Assembly: GCA_010015805.1 (NCBI GenBank)
Contig: ML978123.1
Span: 2,108,001 to 2,172,000 of the forward strand
DNA length: 64,000 bases
From: Rhizodiscina lignyota
Taxonomy: Eukaryota
Direction of reading: 5' to 3'
This document shows, piece by piece, positions 1-12,374 of the stretch; within the stretch, counting starts at the first letter, position 1; each line of letters opens with the position of its first letter. The notes beneath the pieces were generated by a model that was given only the letters and a program-made list of their open reading frames with translations, made no database searches and was not told the origin of the DNA. The translations under genes were made by a program, and so were the position numbers.

Positions 1-1143
1 CATGACCGTCTCTACACCGTTCTTACCCAGTACCCGGACTACAACCAGTTCAGTAACGAGGCCTGGATCACCGACAGCAACTCCCAGGACAGTCTTGAGT
101 CAATCCACGATGTCATCCACGGTGCTGTTGGTGGCACGAACTACGGCCACATGAGTATCATTGATGTGTCTGCCTTTGACCCCGTCTTCTTCCTTCACCA
201 CTGCATGGTTGACCGTGCCTTCGCACTTTGGCAGGCGATCAACCCCAGCAGCACCTTCGAGCAGCAGACCCAAAGCCAAGGCACTTACTGGTACGATTCA
301 GGTTACGTCTCGAAGATCAACACTCCCTTGAAGCCTTTCCACCAGACCAGCTCTGGAACTTTCTGGACATCCCAGACTGTTTGGGACTGGACCCAGTTCG
401 AGTACACATACCCTGAGTTGCAGTCTGGCTGGACCGCTTCCTCTGTCAAGACCGCAGTCAACAAGCTCTACGGCTCTTCTACCTCTACTTCATCTAAGAA
501 GCGATCTGTCTTCCCCGGTTTCTCAGACATCTCGGATCTCTGGAAAGGCCATCCTCTCAAGAATCTCCGTAGCCGTTTCCCAGGTGCCATGCCGTCTCCC
601 GCAATTTCCCTCGCAGGCACGAGCTCCAGCGTTCGCGAATATATGATCAACATCCGCGCCCAGAAGAACGTCCTTGGACAGTCCTATTTCATCTTCTTCT
701 TCCTTGGAGAAGCTCCTGAGAACTCTGTTGAGTGGGGTACCGCTAGTAATCTCGTCGGTGTTAACCCGGTTATTTCGCTCAACATGCCTCAAGACGAAGC
801 TGCGCAGAAGACCCCTGTCCTTATTGGTAGCGCTGTCCCTCTTAACCGCGCTCTGGTCAAGAAGCACGACTCTGGCGAGCTCAAGAGCTTGAGTGATGAT
901 GACGTTAGCGCGTACCTCCAGAAGAACTTGAGCTGGCAGGTCAAGGCTTCCAACGGCACTATTCTGGACGCGTCCAATATTCCGAACTTGCTTGTCTCTG
1001 TCGCCTCTTCGGAGATCGAGCCTGCGACCGCTGATGACGATTTCCCTAAGCGCAAGGGCGCTATGAGCATTCACACCGCCGTCACATCCGGCAAGGGCGC
1101 TGGTTTGTGCGAGTCCGAGCTCCACCTGTACAAGACGGGATAA
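1..1143 (+). CDS. Tyrosinase (type-3 copper oxidase), 5'-truncated by window edge; CuB site plus C-terminal domain
   Basis: Frame 1 is open from base 1: ...SLESIHDVIHGAVGG..GHMS..SAFDPVFFLHHCMVDR, the classical CuB motif. It is followed by PLKPF, YTYPEL and a fungal tyrosinase C-terminal domain; stop TAA at 1141-1143. Confidence 0.93.
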   Translation, partial: HDRLYTVLTQYPDYNQFSNEAWITDSNSQDSLESIHDVIHGAVGGTNYGHMSIIDVSAFDPVFFLHHCMVDRAFALWQAINPSSTFEQQTQSQGTYWYDSGYVSKINTPLKPFHQTSSGTFWTSQTVWDWTQFEYTYPELQSGWTASSVKTAVNKLYGSSTSTSSKKRSVFPGFSDISDLWKGHPLKNLRSRFPGAMPSPAISLAGTSSSVREYMINIRAQKNVLGQSYFIFFFLGEAPENSVEWGTASNLVGVNPVISLNMPQDEAAQKTPVLIGSAVPLNRALVKKHDSGELKSLSDDDVSAYLQKNLSWQVKASNGTILDASNIPNLLVSVASSEIEPATADDDFPKRKGAMSIHTAVTSGKGAGLCESELHLYKTG

Positions 1144-1630
1144 ATTTCTCCTTCTGAATCTCTCTTACGGCGTCGGCCTGTATTTTCTTTTGTGCTTTAG
1201 ATCTCTGCCTGGAACTATGGAGGACCGCCTACGGGCCGAGTCATGTCTTTTGTTTTACTTGCTCGATCTCGCTGGCATGTCCCCTTGCCTTTTTCTTCTC
1301 AACCATAGAAAGTGTTTTAATGGGCGATTTGATACGAAGATGGACCACGCACAACATCTGAAAGTCACGGCAGCAACAAAGGATACCACTAATCATTTTG
1401 CGCATGAATGACAAGGCACTGCATGGCTACTAAGTTTATGTAGCTAAAATGTATCAAATACCCTTTCAAAACACTGTACAATCCTAGGGCCTTCAGTCTT
1501 CTTGATGCTGTGCAACTTCTCACTCGCTTCACTAGATACTAGAGAAGACGTCCATTTCGCCTCTACCTCCCTCTCCTGATGTGGTGGAGCAAGGAGTCGC
1601 CTGCCATCTAATGTGATACGTTAGCCTCGT

Positions 1631-1640
1631 AAAATTTTCA
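1631..1640 (-). promoter_or_regulatory. RRPE-like element (TGAAAATTTT) upstream of UTP18
   Basis: AAAATTTTCA on + lies ~340 bp upstream of a ribosome-biogenesis gene and matches the yeast RRPE consensus. The motif is short and AT-rich, so it could be chance. Confidence 0.35.
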
Positions 1641-1980
1641 TGAAGATCCGCACGCCTGCATCGACGCGAAGCATAAAAGCATACAGTAGCTTGTAGCATG
1701 TCACGAAGCACAATATATGTACATGCAAAGGTAGTGTGAATTACTGCCCCACCTGTCAAACCGTCAATCCTTCCAAATACGTTACCGTGCCCCTTGACCA
1801 TGTCCCTTGCGGGTGTGGCTGGTGATACCCCGATTATCCCTGCCAGAGATCGTTCGGAGTTTTATGTGGGATGCCGAAGTCTTGGCAACGGCGCTTTTTT
1901 TTGTACGAGAATTTGAGCATATTTGAGATACTTCGTATAACTATAAGAAATTGCGCACCTCCCACTACACCTCATTTTCG

Positions 1981-3852
1981 ATGGCTCCCTCAATTCAACC
2001 AGAGTCAATTCGGCATGAGGACTCCAGCGATGACCGCGAAGACGACGAATGGGCTGGATTTGAGGGCCCAGATGGGTTGGAGGAGGAAGAGCCTGAGAAA
2101 GATGAGGAAGAAGAAGAGTTAGAACAGCTGGTGTTTGGAGACTATGGTGGCTTGAGCAATAGCCTTGCTGCAATGCAGAAGAGGAGAGATGGACATCAAA
2201 AGCAATTGGATCGAGGATTGGGAGGTGCTGCAGAGGATGAAGAGGATGAAGACCAATTCGCTAAAGTCGATGATGCGGACCTCTTCTACATCGATTCCGG
2301 CCCAATGGACGCAGGGGCAAAAGCGCAGGCGCTTGTCAAGATCGCCGATACCAGCGACTCCGAGGACGAATTCGCGGCGAGGGATCCACCTGCTTGGGAG
2401 GACAGTGAAGATGAGAGGATTACGGTGTCACTGGCTTCGGTACCGAGGTTGAGGAAGCTTAGAAACACGGAGGACGAGGATATTGTGGGTGGGAAGGAGT
2501 ACATCAAACGTTTGCGCCGGCAGTTTGAGCGGTTGAATGGGAGGCCAGAATGGGCGAGATGGGCGGAGGAGGGCCAGAGGAAGAGGAGGAGTAGTGGCGA
2601 TGGTGAACTGGATGAAGATGAGTTGTCTGGAGATGAGGATGTAGAAATGGAGCTTGACGGAGAGCACAACAATCTCAGCGTCAAACCTCTGTCCGCGATG
2701 CTTCAAGACACGGATTCCTTTGGGCCATCATCAGAACCGAGCAGGAAGAAGCGCAAGTTACAGCCTGAGGTGCTGGATATACAACGATTAAAGGACATTC
2801 CTGGCTCGCAGCCCTCCGCAGTCACGTCTCTCACCACGCATCCGACGCTTCCTCTGCTTCTCTCCTCTGGCCCTTCGTCAACTCTTTTCCTCCATCACAT
2901 ACTACCAATGAATGCAGCCGACCCGAATCCGCTGCTCACATCGCTCCACATCAAACACACACCTCTCTCGACCACCGCCTTCCACCCCAGCCCTGCCGAC
3001 CAGCGTATCTTCCTCTCCTCGCGCCGTCGGTACTTCCACGTCTGGAATCTCCAGACGGGCATCGTCTCAAAAGTGTCGCACGTGTACGGTCACGCAAGCG
3101 AGCAGCGCAGCATGGAGACGTTCAAGATCAGCCCAGATGGCAGTCACCTCGCGCTACTTGGCTCAGCCAAGAAGGGCGGCGGTGTGGTGAATATTCTCGA
3201 TGCACAGACATTGCAGTGGGCGGCGCAGTGTCGTGTAGAGAGTAAAGGCGGCATTGCGGACTTTGCGTGGTGGAGGGATGGGAAGGGGCTGTGTATCCTG
3301 GGGAAGAACGGAGAGGTTACGGAGTGGAGTCTTGAGGAGCTGCGAACGATCGCGCGGTGGGTGGACGAGGGCGCTGTGGGAACTGCCGTCATCTGTCTTG
3401 GTGGGAAAAGCGACAGCACTCTGGGCGGAGACCGCTGGGTGGCCGTGGGCAGCTTGGGCGGCATCGTGAACGTGTATGATCGGAGCACTTGGGCAGAAGT
3501 TGAGGCGCAAAAGACGAAAGACAATGGAGGTGTCCCATCGCAGCCGAAGCCGAAGAAGATGCTGGATCAACTCACAACCACCATCACACATCTGGAGATA
3601 TCCCACGACGGCCAGTTGTTGCTCATGGCCAGTAAGTGGAAGAGAGATGCGTTGAGGTTAGTGCATCTTCCATCTTGCACGGTATACAGGAACTGGCCTA
3701 CGAGCGGCACGCCCTTGGGCAGAGTCAGTGCAGTTACGTGGGCAAAGCCACATGTCCTTGGCAACAACGCGGCGAAAGAAGGCGTCGTGAGTGTGCTCTT
3801 CGTTGCCAACGAGAGTGGCAAGATTCGTATGTGGGAGGTTCGGGGTAGGTAG
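1981..3852 (+). CDS. UTP18: U3 snoRNA-associated protein 18 (WD40, SSU processome)
   Basis: Intronless ORF from ATG 1981 (MAPSIQPES). Acidic N-terminus with EELEQLVFG, PAWEDSEDE, RLRKLR..EY..RLR.QF, then WD40 repeats and ALRLVHLPSCTVYRNWPTSGTPLG. Confidence 0.93.
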   Translation: MAPSIQPESIRHEDSSDDREDDEWAGFEGPDGLEEEEPEKDEEEEELEQLVFGDYGGLSNSLAAMQKRRDGHQKQLDRGLGGAAEDEEDEDQFAKVDDADLFYIDSGPMDAGAKAQALVKIADTSDSEDEFAARDPPAWEDSEDERITVSLASVPRLRKLRNTEDEDIVGGKEYIKRLRRQFERLNGRPEWARWAEEGQRKRRSSGDGELDEDELSGDEDVEMELDGEHNNLSVKPLSAMLQDTDSFGPSSEPSRKKRKLQPEVLDIQRLKDIPGSQPSAVTSLTTHPTLPLLLSSGPSSTLFLHHILPMNAADPNPLLTSLHIKHTPLSTTAFHPSPADQRIFLSSRRRYFHVWNLQTGIVSKVSHVYGHASEQRSMETFKISPDGSHLALLGSAKKGGGVVNILDAQTLQWAAQCRVESKGGIADFAWWRDGKGLCILGKNGEVTEWSLEELRTIARWVDEGAVGTAVICLGGKSDSTLGGDRWVAVGSLGGIVNVYDRSTWAEVEAQKTKDNGGVPSQPKPKKMLDQLTTTITHLEISHDGQLLLMASKWKRDALRLVHLPSCTVYRNWPTSGTPLGRVSAVTWAKPHVLGNNAAKEGVVSVLFVANESGKIRMWEVRGR

Positions 3853-4016
3853 AGTAATCATTATCACAGCAGCGAAAAGCGCAAAATCAAATAAAGGTTC
3901 AGATCGCAGCGTGGTATATTACAGCTTCTTTCGCTTCGGTCGTGAATTTTGGAGAATATACAGATGCCCAGTTTGCCCTTCTTCACCTGCTAAAACCCAG
4001 AAAGATGACTACCAAA

Positions 4017-5763
4017 TCAGTAATGTATCGCCTTCCCATACGCAGCCATGGCGGCCTCTTTGAACGCCTCGCTCAACGTTGGGTGCGCGTGACTTGTCCT
4101 GCCGACATCCTCCGCAGAAGCGCCGTACTCCAGTGCCAACGTGCCCTCCGCAATCATTTCACCTGCATTAGGTCCAACGATGTGAACGCCGAGGATCCTA
4201 TCCGTCTCTGCGTCCGTGATGAACTTCACCATACCTTCGGTATCCAGGTTCGTCTTGGCACGGGAGTTTGCGCTGAATGGGAAGGAGCCGATCTTATACT
4301 TGACGCCCTGTGCCTTGAGTTCTTGCTCGTTCTGGCCCACCCACGCGACTTCCGGGTGGGTATACATAACTGATGGGATGGCATTGTAGTTAACGTGGCC
4401 GTAATTCTTGGTGATGAATTCAACTGCTGCGACACCCTCTTCCTCAGCCTTGTGGGCAAGCATAGGCCCGAAAGTTACGTCGCCGATGGCTCGGATATGA
4501 GGGATCTTGGTACGGTATTCCTGGTCGATGACCAGCCTGCCGCGCTCGTCTACGTCGAGACCGATGTTCTCTAGGCCAAGGCCAGCAGTATATGGTCTTC
4601 TTCCAATGGCCACAAGGACTACATCGGCGTCAAGCTATTGAAAATGATTAGTATACCATTTCATAAACCAGGAGCTTCCTTGTACATACGAGCTCCTCCT
4701 TGCCACCTTTCGCTGCCTCCACATTGATTTTGATCGATTCTGCGCTGGCATCGCCTTTTGTGACCTTCGTGTTGAGCTTGAATTTCATGCCTTGCTTGGC
4801 GAGCATCTTTTGTATTTGTTTCGAGATCTCCTGGTCCATGCCAGGGCCTCCAATTTGGCCGAGGAATTCGACGACTGTGACTTCTGAGCCTAGCCTTGAC
4901 CATACGGAGCCCTATTTATACGTTAGAAAGAATTATGCCAAGACGTAGACAAGATTCCAAACCATCTCTAGTCCGATAATACCACCGCCAATGACGACCA
5001 TCTTCTTGGGAACTTTCTTCAGCGCAATTGCGCCTGTGCTTGTTATGACGTTCTCCTCGTTGATCGTGAGGCCGGGGAAGGGGGTCGACTCGGATCCTGT
5101 TGCGATGAAAATGTTCTTGCCCTTGACTTCTGTCTCTCCGCCGTCGTTCAAATTTACCGCGATGGTGTGCTCGTCTTTGAATGCGCCAGTGCCCTTGATG
5201 TATTCGACATTGTTCTTCTTAAACAGAAACTCAACACCTTTGGTCAAACCCTGCACAGATGTGTCTTTTGCTTTCATCATGACATCTAGATTGAGCTTGA
5301 TGTCGCCGACTTCGATGCCCCGGTTCTTCGTATCATGTTGGATCGTGTGAAGGAGGTGCGAGTTGTTGAGGAGAGATTTTGACGGAATGCAACCGACGTT
5401 CAGACATGTGCCACCAAGTGTGCCGCGCTTTTCTATGCACGCTACCTAAATAGAGATGAGATGGTAAGCTTCAGGTTCTCGTGGCGAAGCTACTTGTATG
5501 TACAGACCTTGAGACCGGATTGACCTGCTTTGATAGCTGCGACATATCCCGCCACTCCGCCGCCGACAATGACGAGATCCTTTTCTTCTGCAGATAGTTA
5601 GATATAATTCAGCTACACATCGTGTCTCTACGGGCTTACCAGCTTCTGAGGCGTACCATCTCCGTGACTGCCGTCCCAGGTAGATGTTTGAGGCGCGAAA
5701 TGATGAGCTTGAGCTTGCCGCTGTTGAGCGGAGGACGCTCCGTGGTATTGCTCGCGATAACAT
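4017..5763 (-). CDS. LPD1: Dihydrolipoamide dehydrogenase (E3), mitochondrial; ~4 introns
   Basis: Mitochondrial presequence [13 protein letters not shown]..., FAD motif [12 protein letters not shown], redox [16 protein letters not shown] motif [10 protein letters not shown] and C-terminal HAHPTLSEA. Confidence 0.97.
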
Positions 5764-6131
5764 GGCAATTGAGTTTGAAGTGGAGAAGGCGAGCAATGTT
5801 AAGACAGCTCGCGGCACAGAAGGGAGTATATGAGGAGCGACGAGGTGGTGGCGGAGGTTTGTAAGGATCCCGTTGGAGAAGCTCTCTGAAAGCTTTCCGA
5901 CTCCAAGCGAGTTCCGCCAAGGCCAGCAGCATCAGGGAGCGTCATTGCGAGACAAACACCAATCCATTCCACGTTTGCGGCAGGACACGACACTCTGTGG
6001 GAGATCAGGAGACCAATACTGAGAAGCTTCTAGTAGCTTACTCTATCCCAATTTCTAAACCTCCGGTATGCAGAGCCGAGGCACCAAGCATACCGCAAGC
6101 GTTGCCTCGTGGCACATGCAGCCTTTCCAAA

Positions 6132-8660
6132 ATGGACCATCACGAAGATGAATACGAGCCGCAAGATGAAGCTCCAAGGCCTAAGGAGCTGCCTTCCGAC
6201 CTTCCGCGGTCGCTGGACGACCGACGACCGGTGTCCAGCTACCAAGAAGAAACGGAATTCTGGGATGGCTGGCAAGGTACCTATACTCGTCATGAAGCAA
6301 GGCAGGAGCTCCGCGGAGTAGTTAACCAGTACCATAGGACAGTCACAGTTCATAAGTTCGACCATACCCACGAGTCCCCTAAAATTCAATCTGTCTCTCG
6401 ATGAGCCGGGCGGAGACGTTCACGAGATGGCGGACAATGAGAACAAGATAGTGCAGATGTTGGCCACGCAAGCACGGCTAAAGCAGGACCACCCCACTGC
6501 AGCGGATGAGGAGGCTATCATAAGTGACGAGAAGACTTCAGATTATGAAAAGAGAGATACATTGCAGAGCATGCTATCGATGGCTGCATCTAATGGCGAG
6601 ACTGAGCGAGTGAAGCAGCTCTTGACTGGGCCAGCAAAGGGATTCATCAACGTCAATGCCCCAGACACAGAGGGAACACCGCCGCTCATATACGCTAGCT
6701 GTTTTGGACACCAAGACGCTGTTTCTACACTGCTCGAAAACGGCGCTGCGGTGGACATACAGGATCGCAACCAGTGGACGGCTTTGATGTGGGCAATGAC
6801 AAACCGACACAAAGGTATCACGAAGCTCTTGCTCGACAATGGTGCTTCTCCTGAGCTCAAGTCATCCTCCGGTCGAACCGCCTTCGATTTCGTTGCACCG
6901 AACAGCGATATTTCGGACTATCTACATGAAAGCGGATACAATATTGGCAATGTCGGTATTACAGACGATTGGTATGACGCGGGTTTGTCGCAGGACAGAT
7001 TTGAGGAGGAGATGGCCGAGAATGAACTGAAACGTCGAATGATGATGGAAAGTGCAGTAAATCTTGAAGTTGACCTGGGCAATCTTGGTTTGGACGAGCA
7101 GCCAGAGGTAAGATTCTTGATGTTGCGGTTTCATGAGCATTATCTGAACCTTCAAAGTCTCCAGGAGAACTCGAGGATGGCCAGGAGTTCGTATGGGACA
7201 GATGTCTCAATGACCAAATGTTTGTCTTTCAAGAGACCGAACTGGGCAGGATCTTGGATATCGTCGTAACGCACATGACACCACAACGGTCACCCTCACA
7301 GAAGCCAGTTCCGGCTAACATACTTTTCCTCAGTGCGCGATATGCGCACTATCATGCCAGCCACGAGCTTTTGGAAAATCTCATGATAAGCGCAATGGAT
7401 CGCATCAACGACGTTGTTGAGCGGCATCAGTGGGATATGACGATTCTGGCTTTCTGGATATCAAATGCGACTTTACTCTTACATTATTTGAAGAAAGACG
7501 CGGGCCTTGTTACTGCCACCGTAGAGTTTCAGGCGCAGTTGGCGGAACTGATAAACGAGATATTCATTCTCATCATTCGCGACGCAGAACGAAGAATGGA
7601 TAAGAATCTAGACGCCTCAATGCTGGATCACGAGACTATCCCTGGATTCGAAGACGTGCACTTTCAGAACGAGTGGAAAATATTCCGCTCAAAACCGAAG
7701 GTCAAGGCTCCGGAAGCATTCGAAAAGCGATATCGTCCTCCATCTCCGAAGCGACGCGCCCAGCCGTCACCTCGAAATATAACATCGCTTCTCTCATCAA
7801 CGCTCTTCGTCCTTGACCTCTACGACATACACTCCGTCATAACAGCTCAAATCCTCTCTCAGCTACTCTATTGGCTCGGAGCTGAGCTCTTCAATCGCAT
7901 CATGTCCAATCGAAAGTACTTGGCACGAACGAAAGCAATGCAAATCCGCATGAATGTGTCTACCCTGGAAGACTGGGCACGGTCGAATAATCGTCAACCA
8001 GAACACTACGAGAATGGGGCTATGACTGCGACCGGCGAGAACACAGTTGATGCTGCCCGGAGACACTTGGCCCCCGTTGTACAGTTGCTACAATGGCTGC
8101 AATGTCTGTCGTCGCTTGGTGAAGACTTTGAGTCGCTTGTTGGAACAATACAGCAGTTACCACGTCTTTCGCCACAGCAGCTAATACATGCCGTCAACTA
8201 CTACCGCGCTGAAGTCGGCGAAAAGGGCCTCGACAAATCTGCCATGAGATATTTGAGGACACTAGAGAAGGAAGTGGCCGATCGACGCAAACAACAAGCT
8301 CAGCAGCGTAAGGGCGCAGCGAGCCCGATGCCAGATTCTGCTCCATCCACTCCAGCTAAGAATGGACAGCAGCCAGAGGCGAGCTCGCCAATTACACCTC
8401 GATTCACTGATTCTCCTGAAGAGGAGGAGGCACCTGAGCATCTACTCATGGATCCGGCACTAATGCTACCCTTCTCATTACCAACGTCGACAGACATGCT
8501 CATCACCTATGGAGCTGGCCTAGGAGGAATGAACAGAGAACGAGAGCGCAAATACTGGCCGACTGTTCCTGCAGACTTTCTGGCCAAACTGGATTCAGGT
8601 GGAGGTGGAAATAGGAATGGAGCAGGGGGTTATGGTGGACAACGATGGGATGATTCATGA
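6132..8660 (+). CDS. Ankyrin-repeat + dilute (DIL) domain protein; introns 6277-6337 and 7108-7157
   Basis: Spliced frame is continuous. Ankyrin repeats (GTPPLIYASCFGH, WTALMWAMTN, GRTAFD) precede a DIL domain (QILSQLLYWLGAELFNRIM, KAMQIRMNVSTLEDW, QLLQWLQ). Confidence 0.88.
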
Positions 8661-8987
8661 ACTCCTTGTAGGATATTTGCATTCGCAGCGCAACGGAACT
8701 TCGGCGACCACAGTTGGTAATTTTTACCTCCCTCCAGATACGAGAGTAAAATTTTTGAAAGAAGTTCAGATATCAACATGCGCCCCAGCTTATTACTCGA
8801 TCTACTCGAGTAATCCGTCAGATCGACCTATCGCGTGCCGCTACCGGAGAGCCCCGCGGTGGGGCAATCACTTCACAACTGTCCAGCGCTCGTCACGCCT
8901 CGAGAATAAATTTGCAATTTTGAGACTTTAAAACGCCATTGACCTCTCTTACTCTTATATCGAATCTCAACCATCCTGTCTCGCACA

Positions 8988-10141
8988 ATGGAGGTCCAAA
9001 TCCAGCCCGAGTCGGTCTCAGAAGGCTCATTCAAAGCTACATCAGTACCTGCTGCACACATACAGAGCACGTTCGGTTCCTCAAGTATAGGTAAATTATA
9101 CCTTTCATTATGATTGTTCCCATGGGCCACTGACGTATCCAATCCCCAATAGACCTCGTCTCTAAATCGCTCAACTCTCGCATCCTCGGCTTCTCAGACG
9201 AATGGTTCGCCGCCGCAGAGAACCTTACCACTCCCACTGCGCCTGTCCGTAAACCAGGCGTCTTCACACACGCTGGCGCTTGGTACGACGGATGGGAGAC
9301 GCGGCGACACAACCCTGAAGAGTTCGACTGGGTCATCATACGCCTCGGCGTCGCCAGCGGGCGCGTCAAGGGCGTGGAAATTGACACTGCGTATTTCGAC
9401 GGAAATCATGCGCCTGAGATTGCGGTCGAGGGATGCTTCGCGCCTGACGAAGAAGATGGTAAGATAATAGACAAGGCATTCGGAGGGTGGGAGACCATCC
9501 TGGACAAGCGAGAATGCGGGCCGAGTCGACGGCATGCCTGGCTGTTGAATGAGATGACGGAGAAGGCATACACACACGTCCGCCTACTCATGTATCCAGA
9601 CGGCGGGATTGCGAGGTTCAAACTATACGGCGAAGCGGTACCGGTGTTCCCACAGGACATTGATGCCGTGTTCGATCTCGCTGCTACGGTGAATGGCGGA
9701 GTAGCTATCGCATGTTCAGATCAGCATTTCGGGACAAAAGACAATCTGCTGTTACCGGGACGTGGAGTGGACATGGGCGATGGGTGGGAGACGAAGCGAA
9801 CGAGAGGCCAGCATGTGGACTGGGTGATTGTGAGGCTAGGCGTGCCGGGCGAGATCGAGAAGATCGTAGTAGATACGGCGCATTTTAGAGGGAACTTTCC
9901 TCAGGAAGTGCAGGCCTTCGCGGGGAGATGGGACGTAGGGAAGGAGCCTGCGCATGATGATAAGGGTTGGAAAGAAGTGCTGCAGCCACAGAAGACTGGG
10001 CCAGATAAGGAGCATGAATACAATGCGGAGGCGTTGAAGGCGGTGAAGGGAGAGGTCTATAGTCACGTCAAAATGGTTATCATTCCTGACGGAGGAGTTA
10101 AGAGACTGAGGGTCTTTGGTAAAAGACGAATAGACACATAG
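8988..10141 (+). CDS. DAL2: Allantoicase; intron 9091-9152
   Basis: Two allantoicase repeats: SDEWFAAAENL..WYDGWETRRHN..DWVIIRLG and SDQHFG..NLLLPGRG.DMGDGWETKR, with PDGGIARF / PDGGVKRLRVFG. Confidence 0.95.
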
Positions 10142-11025
10142 AACAGTAGCAACAAATAATAGATTGCCAGATCCATGGAGAGTTTCCCAAATTCCAACAT
10201 TGCCAAGAAAGGCCAGGCTCGCCCCTTAATGAAGCAGCCTAAAATTCAAAAGCAAGTTGACCGGTTCTCGAATCGGCATCCCGAACGTTCAACCCACGGG
10301 CCCAGAACTTCGGATTGGACACGATGCCCAGGCCCTTAAATCCTTCATGAAACCATGGAAGCACCTCGCGTGGCTGCGAATCATTGGCCGTACTGAAGAC
10401 GAAGCATGACTCGGAGATGCATTAAAGAATACGAGAACGGAATGAAAACATTGCACAGCAAATGAGAATCTGCACTACAATGGAAGAAAGTATTCAGCGG
10501 GCGCTTCACCAAGTTCGAAAGATGGTCAAAGGCCAGGCCAGTTGCTGGCTTGTCGGGATGCCGTAAACAGGTGCAGGACGGACGCTGCCCGAAAAATTGC
10601 GATCAACGCGTTCAAACGCAGCAGGAGACACCTTCTGTATTTCGATAACTTCCGCCACCGTTAACATCTGCATTCTTCTGCTCCTCTGCTTCTTCCTTCC
10701 AAGATCCATGATATTTGACATGCTCCGTATTCACGGTTCTTCTTGAGCGCTCTACCATGCGTCTTGATGCCTTCAGTCACATCCACAGGATTCAATTCAG
10801 CCCTAGAGAACGCCTCATTGCTTGGCCAGCACGCTGTAGTGGCCGCCGGCATCAAAACGTTAATTTAATTTGTGGCGTATTTACGGAACATTGATTCTAT
10901 GTTTAGTATAGTCTTCTTCAATTTCTGTTTTCCCCAGATGTTACTTGCAAGCAGCTCCGCTTTTCTCTCCGCATCGCTTCATTGTCCTTCTTTCCTCCAT
11001 CTCGCCTTTACCAACGGCTGTTGCA

Positions 11026-12374
11026 ATGGCTCCAAAACGCGGTTCCAGCGGAATCAGCTTGGGCGGCGATGGCTCAGGCGGCGGTACTGTGAGCAATCGT
11101 TGCGAAGGCGCGTTCTACTTCGACAGTGACAATTTGGGCTGGAGCGTCGCTGAACTCGTCATATCGGGTGTTTCCCTTGTCGCTTTCATAGTATTGTTTA
11201 TTCTTTACATCGTGCAAGTGAATCGCAAGCCTCACGCGACGAAGATTGTAAAGTGGTGGACATTCGGCCTCGCTCTGATATTCACCATCATGTAAGCCTG
11301 TTGCGCCACTAGCGAAGGGATGGCGAGCATGCTGACCATTCTACCAGTGCCTTTGTGTTGAGGCTGATCAACGACGTTCTTAACGACTGCCTCATCACAA
11401 GCTTTTACACCTACAATGCCATCTGGATTGCCGTCACCATTCTGTTCTATGGCCTCGCATACTTGATTTGGTTAGCGATATTTATGCTACCCTTGTGCCT
11501 TCAGATGCTTCGTCAGGCCCGCTGCCCGACCAAGCTTGCCAAAATCACCTTATCAATCACTTTGGGTGTCTTGTCTACAATCTGGGTGGCCGTCAATGTT
11601 ATATCCAGCTGGAATTCGTGGGACCAATCACGGTATTTCTACTATGATGTGGAGTTCAACACCCACATATATAATGCGGCAAATGCGTTGAGCGCGACGT
11701 ATAATGTGCTATATTTCGTTGCGACTCTGGTTGGTTCCGCTGTGCTCATTTATGCACTCGTCAAGATTCGCCAGAATCCAGTCCTCAGTCAGGCAAGTGT
11801 CCAATTACACATTCGGTGCTCACGAAACTAACTACATAATAAGGGTATCAAGATATGGGTCCCATTTACCATCGCCTTCTTCCTCGCAAGCAACATTCTC
11901 TCCTTAATTGAGGTCTTTCATTGGACAGTCCCGAAGAAGTCCTATACAGCTGCAGCTAGTACTGCGACTGGAGTCTTGGATATCGTCTTCATCTTCGGAG
12001 TTGCGTTGGGGATCTTGTTTTCAGCATCAAGCAACGGCTTTGCTCACTCGAACGCACTACAAAGCACCCCCGGCCATAACCCTCCTCCAGTATACTCGGA
12101 CAGTGTACCCATGTATAAGCCCGAGATGGATGGACAAAGCTCTGTTGTCACATCCACGGCATACTCGCAGTACCCTCAAGCCCCGAATAACCACCAACAA
12201 CAATATCCAACGCACCAGCAGCAGACTTGGAACTATCAGTCGACCCAACCCCCAGGAGAGTGGCAACAAGCGCAAGCACAATGGCAGCAGCCTACTGAAA
12301 TGCCAGTGCAGCCACCTGAGCTTCATGGCCAGCAACGATTCGAGGCCCCAGCTCAGAACAGTAGCACAAGATAG
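11026..12374 (+). CDS. Uncharacterised 7-transmembrane protein with Q/P-rich cytoplasmic tail (413 aa); introns 11292-11347 and 11793-11843 (GC-AG)
   Basis: Three ORF-track fragments join in frame via GTAAGC..CTGAC..CAG and GCAAGT..CTAAC..AAG introns. The product has seven hydrophobic segments. Confidence 0.75.
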
